A DNA stretch of 64,000 nt from Mobula hypostoma. Its lineage: Eukaryota. Where the stretch lies: NCBI RefSeq assembly GCF_963921235.1, contig NC_086108.1, positions 57,290,001-57,354,000 of the forward strand. Direction: 5' to 3'. Below, piece by piece: positions 24,650 through 36,267 of the stretch (positions are counted from its first letter, which is position 1; every line of letters starts with the position of its first letter). Made by a program: the position numbers and the translations under genes. Below the pieces are notes generated by a model. The model worked only from the letters and a program-made list of their open reading frames with translations, was not told the DNA's origin and did not search any database.

Positions 24650-25200
24650 GTCTAGCTTTATAAAACCTTGGTTAGACCTCAGTTGAGTACTGCCTGCAGT
24701 TCAGATTCTCATTCTATAGGTAAAATGTGTTAGCAGTGCAGAGGGTGCAGATGAGCTTCATCAGGATGTTCATCAGATTTTATAAGCTAGTTCTGTTCCC
24801 AGGAATGCAGAAGTTTAGAGAGGACTTGATCGAGGTATGTTAAATTATGAAGAGTCAGGATAGGCTAGACTGAAGAAAATGCTTCCCCATATCAGAGATA
24901 GAGAAAGCTAGAGGACACAGACTATGGATTGGGCGAAAGATTTAGAAGGGATATGAGGGGAACCTTCATCACCCAGAGAATGATAAGCACACGGGAATGT
25001 ACTGCCTGAAACTGTCTGAAGCTGAGATGCTGACAGCATTTGAGAAGTGTTAGGATAAATGAACTGCCTTGGCATAGGGGGCCATAGACCAAGTGTTGGG
25101 AGATGGGATTAATGCAGAGGGATGCCCACTGGTTGACGGGTGGGTCAGGCTGGATATGCTGTTTCCATAGTGTACAGTTCTAAGACTCTATGTCTCTGTG
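24650..25200 (+). mobile_element. CR1 3' fragment
   Basis: LYKTLVRPQL-EYC..QF motif and ctaagactctatgtctct microsatellite-like end. Confidence 0.75.
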
Positions 25201-26233
25201 CGATAATATTCACAACTCCTGTTTCTACCAAAATCTGAATCAGAATCCCCTTCATGAAAAAAGTGCTAATCTGCTGCATAATCAAAAGTAAAATAAATGT
25301 GACTTGGACAAGGAAGGAATTTCTGGAGGTAGAATAGACTGTTACAGATTGGAAAATAGACATTAGATGAGATCAAACACAAACTGAGTGGCTGCTTAAA
25401 AATCTTCAAATTCAATTCACAAGCATCAGGCCAAACTTTCAGACACCTGTCACAAACTTTTTGTCTTATTCCCACTCAATCACTGTCCCCAGCCTTCTAC
25501 ATTTTTCAGTGAATCTCAGTGTAACATAAAGAACAGCCACTCATCTTTTCAGTCTTTCTTTCTCTAAGAATGCTGCCTGACACACTGAGCAGTTTTTAGT
25601 AATGATGAGGAAGGGAAATATGCAGAAGGTTAATGAGGGAAACTAACAAAAAGGATTGGAAAAGGTGGTTAAAATTGTCATATCAATGGTCCAGAATTGT
25701 GCATGGATAATTCAGATGAGATGATGCCACATCTATGGGTGAAGTGTTTTAAAGGAATAGTGAAATTGGGGAGAAATGGGACAACAGTGCAGTCAGAGAT
25801 ATTTTGATGTCACGGAGGATGTATGGGACTGTAGAAGAAGAGAAAAAGCAAATAAGAAAAATATTCATAATTCTCATCTACTAATATATTATGCCATTCT
25901 ATGTAATCCTTTTGTGTCTTCTGGAAACTGGTTTGATTACACAAAAGATCATAAGACCATAAGACACTGGAACAGAAAGGCCATTTGGCCTATCAAGTCT
26001 ATTCCACCACTCTATCATGGCTGATTTATTATCCCTCTCAATCCCATTCTCCTGGTTTAACCCTGTAACCTATGATGCCCTTATTGATCAGGAACCTATC
26101 AAACTCCACATTAAATATATCCAATGACTTGGCCTACACAGCTGTCATTTCCACAGATCCACCAACCTCTGGCTAAAGAAATTCTGTCTCATCTCTTTTC
26201 AAAAGGTAAGTCCTTCTATTCTGAGTCTGTGCC

Positions 26234-27388
26234 TGTCATGGTCCAATCCGTGAAGTCTGCATTCCAGTTCACGGTCCGCCTTATTCCAGGTTTTCCAGTT
26301 TTCCCTTGTCCTGTTGTGTGCCTTAATTGAGGCACATGATTCCCATTTTGGGCTGGACTGTTCCCTTCCCTTCCTTTCCCCTTCCTTCTGTAGACCTTGG
26401 CTGAAGCCTCACCTGCTACCTTTCACCTGAAGCCTCGCCTGCTACGCCGTCAGGTTCAACCGCCAGGGCAAGATCGGGGCCTTGCTGTGTCTAGATAAGG
26501 AACTGTTGTTCATTGTTTGGAACTGTCTCTTTGTGTCCTCGCCTTCGCTAGGTAGGTCTGTCCGTTTGCCGCTACCTTGAGTTGAGAACTGTCTCTGTGT
26601 CCACACCTTCGTTAGGTAGGTCCGGCCGTTTGCCGCTACCTTGTGTTGGGAACTGTCTCTTTGTGCCCTCGTCTCTGCTGTGTAGGTCCAGCCGTTTGCC
26701 GTTACCTTGAGTGGAGATCTGTTTCTCAGTGTTCTGTGTATGAGTCCCGGCCCTACGTCCTGCTCCCTAGGAGGGGTCCCGGCTCTGCGTTCCATGTTCC
26801 TGTTCTCCCTCGACCAAGGCTCTGTACTCCTGTTCTTCCTCAACCAAGGCTCTGTGTTCCTGTTCTCCCTCGACCAAGGTTCTGCGTTCCTGTCTCCCAA
26901 GATTACCAAGGCTCTGTGTTCTGCGTTCCTGTCTCCCAAGATTACCAAGGCTCTGTGTTCCACGTTCCGGTCTCCCTAGACCAAGGCTCTGTGTTCCAGT
27001 ATCCCAAGTCCAAGTCTTAGCTTTGTGTCCTCATCCAGTTCTGGTCCGGCGTCCTGCCGCCATGTCCAGTCCTGTTGCCTTACCACGTCTTATCCTCGCC
27101 TAGATCCGGAGTCCGAGTCTGAGTCAAGACCCAGGTTTCGGATCCCTGTCCAGTCTCTGGCTCGGAGTCCTTGTCCAGGTTCCAAGTTCCTTGTTCCTCA
27201 TCCAGGTCCTGCTTTCCTAGCCTAGTCCTAGCCCAGGCCCTGTATCCTTGTCTCGTCCACGGCCTGTGTCCTGTCCAGCGTCGTTTTTTCCCCACTTCCC
27301 TTGCTTTCTTGACACACCTAGTCCTGTTCCTAGTACTTCAGTGCCTGTGTCTTGCATTTGGGTCCGCTCCCAGCGCCTACATATGACA
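26234..27388 (+). mobile_element. Solo LTR, 1155 bp, probably Gypsy-type
   Basis: Starts TGTCAT, ends ATGACA (6-bp inverted termini); 5-bp TSD GTGCC at 26229-26233 and 27389-27393; the host CR1 resumes across it; ttgcatttgggtcc motif near the 3' end. Confidence 0.85.
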
Positions 27389-27487
27389 GTGCCCTCTGAT
27401 CCTAGACTCTCCCTCTATAAGAAACATCCTATTCACATCCATTCTATACCAGACTTTCAATATTTAACGAGATTTAACGATATTTAA

Positions 27488-28876
27488 AACCTCCCTCTGC
27501 AACTGGATCTTAGACTTCCTGACTGGGAGACCTCAGTCAGTCCGGATTGGAAGCAGCATCTCCAACGCCATCACACTGAGCAGGGGGGCCCTCCAGGGCT
27601 GTGTGCTCAGTCCACTGCTGTTCACTCTGCTGACCCACGACTGTGCAGCAATACACAGCTCGAATCACATCATCAAGTTTGCCGATGACATGACCATGGT
27701 GGGTCTCATCAGCAAGAACGACGAGTCAGCATACAGAGAGGAGATGCAGCGGCTAACGGACTGGTGCAGAACCAACAATCTGTCTCTGAATGTGAACAAA
27801 ACTAAAGAGATGGTTGCTGACTTCAGGAGGATACAGAGCGACCACACTCCACTGAACATAGAGATCGTTAAGAGCACCAAATGTCTTGGTGTCCACCTGG
27901 TGGAGAATCTCACCTGGTCCCTCAATACCAGCTCCATAGCAAAGAAAGCCCAGCAGCGTCTCTACTGTCTGTGAAGGCTGAGAAAAGTCAATCTCCCCCC
28001 CCCCCCCCACCTCACCACATTCTACAGAGGCTGTATTGAGAGCATCCTGAGCAGCTGCATCATGGCCTGGTTCAGAAATCGCACCATCTCAGATCGCAAG
28101 ACCCTGCAACGGATAGTGAGGTCAGCTGAGAAGATCATTGTGGTCTCCCTTCCCACCATCACAGACAATTACACCACACACTGCATCTGCAAAGCAAACA
28201 GCATTATGAAGGACCCCATGCACCCCTCATATAAATTCTTCTCCCTCCTGCCATCTGGAAAAAGGCACCAAAGCATTCAGGCTTTCACAACTAGACTATG
28301 TAATAGTTTCTTCCCCCAAGTCATCAGACTCCTCAATACCCAGAACCTGGCTTGACACCAACCTACTATACCCTCTACTGTGCCTACTGTCTTGTTTATT
28401 ATTTATTATTATTTAATGTAGTGCCTGCACTGTTTTGTTCACTTTATGCAGTCCTGGATAGGTCTGTAGTCTAGCGTAGTTTTTGTGTTTTTCGTATGTA
28501 GTTCAGTGTAGTTTTTGTATTGTTTCATTGATCCTGACCCGGATCTGGGCCATACCCTCCAAATATCCGGACCTGCCTCTCGGTTTTTTTGCACTACCTT
28601 ACTTTCCCTTTTCTATTTTCTATTTATGATATATAATTTAAATTTTTAATATTTACTATCGATTTGTACTCCAGGGAGCATGAAGAGCAGAATCAAATAT
28701 CGCTGTGATGATTGTACGCTCTAGTGTCAATTGTTTGGCGACAATAAAGTATAAAGTAAAGTAAAGTAAAGTAAAGCACCATGGTTCTGGAAAACGTTGT
28801 CTCATTTTTACTATGTTCTGTACCAGCAGTTATGGTTGAAATGACAATAAAAGTGACTTGACTTGACTTGACTTGA
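27488..28876 (+). mobile_element. 5'-truncated Rex1/Babar LINE with a nested 3' end of a second Rex family (about 28530-28775)
   Basis: [13 protein letters not shown]...[14 protein letters not shown]...[18 protein letters not shown]; (gactt)n tail; the nested piece ends in (aaagt)n and matches the 3' UTR of the 59312-62975 element. Confidence 0.85.
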
Positions 28877-30646
28877 GATTCCCCCCCTCATACTCCTAAA
28901 ATCTAGTGACTACAGGCCCAGAGCCATAAAATGCTCATCATAAATTAACCCCTTCATTCCTGGGATCATTCACGTGAACCTCCTCTGGACTCTCTCCAAT
29001 GCCAGCACATCCTTTCTAAGGTAAGGGACCCGAAACTGCTTACAGTACATTAAGTGTGGAGTGACCAGTGCCTTATAAAGCTCCAGCATTACATCTTTGC
29101 TTTTATATTCTAGTCTTCTCGGAATTAATGCTAACACTGTTTTTGTCTTCGTTACTACTGATTCAACCTGCAAGATAACCTTTAGGGATTTCTGCACGAG
29201 GACTCCAAAATTCGTTTGCACATCTGGTTTCTGATTGTCCTTTCTGCTTAGAAAATAGTCTATGCCTTTATTCTTTCCACTAAAGTGCATGAAAATACAT
29301 GTCTCCATCTGCCACTTCTTAGCCTATTGGTCTAAGTCCTTCTGCAGACCTCCTGCTTACTTAACACTACCTGCTCCTACACTGATTTTGGTATTATCTG
29401 CAAACTTAGCCACAAAGCCATCAATTTTATCATTCAAATCATTGACATATATTGTGAAAAGAGTGGTCCCAACGCTGACACCTGCGGAATACCACTAGTC
29501 ACTGGCAGCCAACCAATATAGACCCCCTGTATTCCCACTGTTTTCCCCCTTACAATCAGCCAATTTTTTATTCATGCTGGTATCTTTCTTCTAATAACAT
29601 GGGCGCTTATCTTGTTTAGCAGCCTCATGTGTGGCACCTTGTCAAAGGCCTTTTGAAAATCCAAGAAAACAACATCCACTCATTCTCCTTTGTTTACCAT
29701 GCCTGTTATTTCCTCAAAGAATTCCTACAGACTTGTCAGGCAAGATATCCCCTTAAGGAAGCCATGCTGACTTCAGTCTATTTGCATCCAAGTACTCCGA
29801 ACCTCATCCTTAAGAATGGATTCAAATGTCTTTCAAACCACTGAAGTCTGGCTAACTGACCTATAATTTCCTGTCTTTTGCCTCCCTCACTTCTTAAAGA
29901 ATGGAATGACATTTACAGTTTTCCAGTTCGCAGTAAGCATACCAGAATCTAGTGATTCTAGAAAGGTTACTACAAATGCCTCCACAAACTCTTTAGCTAC
30001 CTCTTTCGGAACTCTGGGTGTAGTCCCTCTGGTCCAGGTAATTTATCCATCTTTAGACCTTTCAGCTTCTAAAGCATCTTTTCCTTCATAACAGCCACTA
30101 TTCTCACTTCTGCCCCCGACACTCTCAAATTCCTGGCATACTGCTGGTAACTTGCACGGTGAAGACTGAAACAAAGACCTATTAAGTTCACTCACTATTT
30201 CTTTGTAACCCATTACTACCTCTCCAGTGTCATTTTTCAGCTGTCCAACATCTTCACCCCTCATTTACTCTTTATACATCTGAAAAATCTTTTGTATCCT
30301 CTTTTATATTATTGGCTAGCGTATGGCTTTTTAAGGTGCCTTCTATTAGTTTTTAAAAGCTTCCCAATACTCTAACTTATCACTATTTTTTTCTATATTA
30401 TATACCATATATTTTGCTTTTATGCTGTCTTTGACTTCCCTTGACAGCCACTGTTACCTTATCTTCCTTTTAGAATATTTCTTCTTTTTTGGGATGTGTC
30501 TATTTTGCGCCTTCCAACTTTCTCCCCGAAACTCCAACCATTGCTGTTCTGTTGTCATCCCTGCTAGTGTCCCCTCCTAATCAACTTTGGCCAGCACCTC
30601 TCTCATGCCTCTGGAATTCCTTTTACTCCACTGTAATACTGATACA

Positions 30647-30780
30647 CACAGAATGCTGGAAGAACTCAGCAGGCCAGGCAGCATCCATGGAAAAAAGTAC
30701 AGTTGACGTTTCAGGCTAAGACCCTCCAGCATTTTGTGTGTGTTGGCTGAATTTCCAACATTTGCAGATTTTTTCTTGTT
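30647..30780. mobile_element. Penelope-like pLTR fragment, inverted pair, 15-bp TSD
   Basis: Minus-oriented then plus-oriented pLTR pieces; TSD tgtaatactgataca at 30632-30646 and 30781-30795. Confidence 0.8.
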
Positions 30781-32900
30781 TGTAATACTGATACATCTGA
30801 TTTTAACTTCTTCCTTTTAAACTGCAGGGTAAATTCTATCATATTATGATCACTGGCTCCAAAGAGCTCTTTTACCTTAAGCTCCCTAAACAAATTTGGT
30901 TCACTACATAATACACAATCCAGAATTTCCATTTCCCTAGTGGGCTCAACCACTCAAGCGGCTCTAAAAAGCTATCCTGTGGCTTTCTACAAGTTCCTTC
31001 TCTTGGGATCCAGCACCAATCTGATTGAAATCCCACACGACTAACGTAACATTGCCCTTCTTACGTGTCTTTTCTATCTCCTATTGTAATTCACCCCCCA
31101 CATCCGGGTTACTGTTCAGAGGCCTGTTTTTAACTCCCGGAGGGGATCAGCGAGTGCTCCCAACAGAGGCCAGACTGTCAGTTATCACTGTCAATGGAGG
31201 CCATCAAGGAGCATGCAGAGGGGGGTGGGGTGGGGGAGTCAGCGATCGCTCCTAACAGAGGTTACCAGGTCAGCAGCCTGGTTGGTGACATTCGGACCAG
31301 GCATGAGTTATGAGTCATGGAAAGGCTATTTGATGTTCTGAAATTTATGTCATTATTGGACTGTACTTTATATTGGTCTCTTTCGGGTATTTTTTTGGTG
31401 GTTTCTTTCTTGTGACTGGTGGGTGGGTAATCTGTTAGTTCTTTGTGCGTAAGAGAGGGGGTTGGGTGTTTTGATTCTACTGTCACTGAACTTTTCTGCA
31501 AGTGAAGTGGTCGAGGATTGTTATTGTCACCGTTTTTCTCCGTTCAGGGTTTTTGGGGTTTGCAGGTTTTGTTTCTTTTTCTTTTTTGTGTGGGGGAGGG
31601 AGTTGATGACTTTTCTTTCATCAACACCTAACTGGTATGTGGCACAGGCAGCAATCCTGAGGTCCTGCTTTTCAGCTTTCTACCTAGCTCTCTTCAGGAC
31701 CTCATCCCTTTTTCTGCTTATGTCATTAGTATCAATACGTACCATGACTTTCAGCTGTTCACCCTCCCTCTTTAGAATGCAGTAGACTCATTTTGAAACA
31801 TCTCTGACCCAGGCACCTGGGAGGCAACATACCATCGGGGTGTCACTTTCACATTCACAGAATCTCCTGTCTGCTCCTCTTACTAAGGAATCCCCTATCA
31901 CCATTGTACTCCTCTACTTCCCCCTTTCCTTCCAACCCCCAGAGCCAGACTCAGTGTCAGAGACCCAGTAGCTTTCCCCTGGTAGATCGTTCCCCCTCCC
32001 AGCATCCATAGTGGTATACTTATCGTTGAGGAGAATAGCCACAGCGGGACTCTGCACTGGCTGCCGATTTTCTTTCTCTTTTCTGACAGTCACCCAGCCA
32101 CCTGCCTCTTACAACTTAGGGGTGACTGCCTCTCTGTAGCTCCTATCTATCATCTCCTTATTTTTCCTGTTTGAGCTGGGGATCAGCCATCTGCACAAAC
32201 TAACATGGTTTGTAAGCAGCTGCAGCTGGGTGCAGCTCACGTAGACGTTGTCATCTGGAGGTCTTCCGGAGTTCCCAAGTCTCACACAAAGAATGTACCA
32301 TTGACCCCGGACCCATTCTCACCACATTCACTTATTCTGGTCATAGCTGTAAAGGCTGTGGACTCCTTACATGTGTATCGGTGTCTGGCCCAATCAGTAT
32401 CCTCTTGTCTCTTCATAGCTTGTGGGTCCAGGTGAATAGAAAAGATCCAGTGGAAGGATTTTGAAAACAAGTCCTAGGTATCCAGGCCAATTTATAAAAT
32501 CAATAAACATCAAAAAACCATGTTAGGTACTCTCATGTTGGTGTTTGTGAAAAATTGCTATGGACGAAGTGATTCCCACATTCCATATACTCCAACAATA
32601 TCTTCACTTATAGAAGGATGGGGAGTAACATTCTGCATTCTACAGATGCTATAAGCATGTACTGGTGATACCCAGTTCCTGTTTCTTAATTTACTTAAAG
32701 GTGAATGATGCTGGAGATGGAGATAAATTTCAGTCAAAATCTGAGAGTGATTTTTCTGTGTTTCAGACATCTAAAATATTTTAAAATGCTGTAAATAATT
32801 ATGAAAATATTTCAATATGTATTAAAATTAAAATAAAGGCATACTAAAGCACAGAGCAATGATTAAAATTTTGATATGAATAATAAAAAAAAGTCCTTAC

Positions 32901-33167
32901 CAATCCTGAAATCCTGTTCAAATGAACAGGAGTTTCACTGTTATGGCAGGTCTGACTTGCGTATGATGAGAGATGCATTTCCCTGAGTTACATTGGATAA
33001 TCCTAGCAAGACTGGGCTCTATTGCTGGACCTGCAGTGGAATCCAGTGAAGTGGAATGACAGGTACACCATTATCTGTTGCTCAGCATATCCTGACATAC
33101 GCAGGACCGACATAAGTTTACTGTAGACCAGAGGAAGAACAGCATGTCTTTCCTTTGGAATTGCCAT
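32901..33167 (-). pseudogene. Tentative decayed immunoglobulin V-set exon (CAR/CLMP/VSIG-like spacing)
   Basis: MAIPKERHAVLPLVYS...EQQIMVYLS...SNRAQ then, after a frameshift, SNVTQGNASLIIR-VRPA; ends at a GTAAGG donor (32900) followed by a 130-bp AT-rich intron-like stretch ending in tattttAG (32771). Canonical Cys/Trp not visible. Confidence 0.3.
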
Positions 33168-34155
33168 CCTCAGCGATTCCTACTTCACGCTCTTTCACCT
33201 CAGTAGTGTTCTGAACAATGGGGCATTGGTTTGACTTGACCCATAATTTTTAATTCAATTTCAAGGTAATTATTACATTCAGTCACATTTTATCTGAATT
33301 AAGAAATCTATTCACAAGTATAACGCAACAGGGGAGCTTTTCCAGCAGTAAGGTAGCTAAATGAGGCCATAGGAGTGCCTGGAATGTAGCAATGCAAGTA
33401 ATATTGATTGCTGTTGACAGCAATGTTTTCATGTGGCAACGTCCCTTGGCACCAGCTGTGAGAGATAGGGGTGTAGTTGAGTAAAAAAAATCCTCTGAAA
33501 CTCACACCATTCAATGGATTATTCCCTAGTTTCCCTGCTCTGGGTAAAGAAACTTCTTTTAGTACTTGCTAATTTAGTAAAGGTGATGCAGGAATTCTGT
33601 TTTCTGTGAATGCCCAAGGGGGACATGGTACACAGAATAACTAAGCACAACATAGTTAACTAGAGTCTTGAAAAGAACAGAGAACTACCATGGGCTTTTA
33701 ACCCTTTGTTAGGATTTCAGATTCTTCATACCAGACATTTATTGTTTGAGTGGACTCCATTCTCCGAATTGTAGATCACCGGCAAACTTTGTAATCATTT
33801 GTGCTTAACTCCTTCTGGTTTAGAAATAAATGGGTAGAGTCAGAATTATAGAAAAGTACAGCACAGAAACAAGCTCCTTGGCCCATCTAGTCTGTGCCAA
33901 ATCATTTAAGCTGCCTAGCTCCATTGATGTGCACCTGGACAATAGCCATCCATATACCTCCCATCTATCTACCTATCCAAATTTCTCTTCAACATTGAAA
34001 TCGAGTTGCATGCACCACTTGTGCTGACAGCTCGTTCCACACTCTCATGACCCCGAGTGCAGAAATTTCCCCTTGTATTCCCCTTATCCTTTTCACCTCT
34101 CACCTTTAACCCATGACCTCTAGTTGTAGTCCCACCTAACCTCAGTGGAAAAAGC

Positions 34156-34332
34156 ATCTATAGAAAGAGGTGCAGTCGACGTTTCAGGCCGAGACCCTTC
34201 GTCAGGACGAAGGGTCTCGGCCTGAAACGTCGACTGCACCTCTTTCTATAGATGCTGCTTGGCCTGCTGCATTCACCAGCAACTTTGATGTATGTTGCTT
34301 GAATTTCTAGCATCTGCAGAATTCCTGTTGCT
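34156..34332. mobile_element. Penelope-like pLTR inverted insertion with perfect hairpin, 15-bp TSD
   Basis: TSD ctcagtggaaaaagc at 34141-34155 and 34333-34347; 51-bp perfect inverted repeat; hammerhead core intact on the minus strand only. Confidence 0.85.
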
Positions 34333-36267
34333 CTCAGTGGAAAAAGCCTGTTTCTGTTTACCCTATCTATACCCATCATAATTTTGTATACCTCCAACAA
34401 ATTTCCCCTCAATCTTTTAAGTTCCAAGGAATAAAGTCCCAACTTATTCAAACTTTCCTTATAATTCAGTTCCTCCGGTTCTGGCAACATCCTTGTAAAT
34501 TTTCTGAGTACTCTTTCAACCTTTGTTTACATCTTTCCTGTAGGTATGTGACCAAAACTGCACACAACACTCCAAATTAGGGCTCACCAATGTCTTGTAC
34601 AACTTCAACATAGCATTCCATCTCCTCTATTCAATGCTTTGATTTATGAAGGCCAATGTGCCAAAAGCTTTCTTTATGACTCAGTCTACATGTGCCACCA
34701 CTTTCAATAAATTATGGACCTGTATTCCTAGATCCCTCTGAACTACTGCACTCCTCAGTGCCCTACCATTCACAGTGTAAGACCTACCCTGGTTGGTCTT
34801 ACCAAAGTGCAACACCTTGCACTTGTCTACATTAAATTCCATCTGCCATTTTTCACCCCATTTTTCCAGCTAGTCTAGTTCCCGCTGCAAACTCTGATAG
34901 TCTTCCTCATTGTTCACTACTTCTCCAATCTTGGTGTCATCTGCAAATTTGCTGATCCAGTCAACCACATTATCATAACGATCATTGATATAGATTACAA
35001 ACAACAACGGACCCAACACCGATCCTTGTGGCACGCCACTCGTCACAGGCCTCCAGTCAGAGGGTCAATTATCTAATACCACTCTCTGCCTTCTCCCACA
35101 AAGCCAATGTCTAATCCAATTTACTACCTCATCTTGAATGCCAAGTGACTGAACCTTCCTGACCAGCCTCCCATGCTGGAGGCTGGTCAAGTGCCTTACT
35201 ATAGCCCATGTAGGCAACATCCACTGCCACTCCTTCATCAACTTTCCTGGTAAATTCATCAAAAAAACTCATAACCTACCACGCACGAAGCCATGCTGAC
35301 TATCTTAATTGGTCCATGTCTATCCAAATATATCCAGTCCCTTAGAATACCTTCCAATAACTTTCCTCCTAATGATGTCAGGCTTATCAGCCTATAATTT
35401 CCTGGTTATTTTTACACCCTTTCCTAAACAGCGGAACAACATTAGCTATTCTCCAATGCTCCGGTACCTCAACTGTCTCTGAGGATGATTTAACTCTCTC
35501 TGCTAGGGCCCCTGCAATTTCTGCATTTGCCTCCCACAGGGTCTGAGGGATTACCTTGTCAGGCCCTGAGAATTTATCTACTCTAATTTGCCTCAAGACA
35601 GCAAACATCTCCTCCCCGTAATTTGTACAGGGTCCATGACCTCACTGCTGCTTTGTGTCACTTCTGTAGACTCCGTGTCCATTGCCCAAGTAAATACAGA
35701 TGCAAAAAACCCCTTTTAAGATCTTCCTATCTCTTTTGGCTCCACACATAGATTACCATTCTGATCTTCCAGAGGACCAATTTTGTCCCTTGCAATCCTT
35801 TTGCTCTTAACTTATCTGTAGAATCTCTTGGGATTCTCCTTCAACTTGTTTGCTAGGGCAATCTCATGTCTTCTTTTAGCTCTCCTGCTTTTTTTCTTAA
35901 GTGTTCTCTTGCATTTCTTTATACTCCATAAGTATCTCTTTGTTCCTACCTGCCTATACCTGCTACATACCTCCCTAATTTCCTCAACCAGGGCCTCAAT
36001 AGCTCTTGAAAACCAAGGTTCCCTAAACCTGCATTCTTTATATTTTATTCTGACAGGCGCATACAAGCTTTGTACTCTCAAAATTTCACTTCTGAAGGCT
36101 TTCCACTTATCTAGTACACCTCTGTCTTCGCCAGACAACAGCCTGACCCAATCCACGCTTACCAGATAATTTCTGATACGATCAAAATTGGCCTTTCCAC
36201 AATTTAGTATCTCAGCCCATGGACCAGACCCATCCTTTTCCATATTTACTTTGAAACTAATGACATT

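Larger units (their letters stand above)
25945..32310 (-). mobile_element. Long CR1 LINE, decayed, hosting a solo LTR, Rex fragments and a pLTR fragment
   Basis: 3' end at about 25945; LYKALVTPHLMYCKQF...LALERVQRRFT; PTREMEILDCVLCSEP...SDHNMIEF (endonuclease end); ORF1-type sequence near 31625-32310. Confidence 0.8.

Noticed and set aside
26442..26963. 173-aa repetitive ORF and overlapping ORFs
   Set aside because: A by-product of stop-poor tandem arrays in the LTR; no recognisable domain.
26780..27000. About 30-bp repeats resembling a CRISPR array
   Set aside because: Units are head-to-tail without unique spacers, lie inside a solo LTR in vertebrate DNA, and no cas genes are present.
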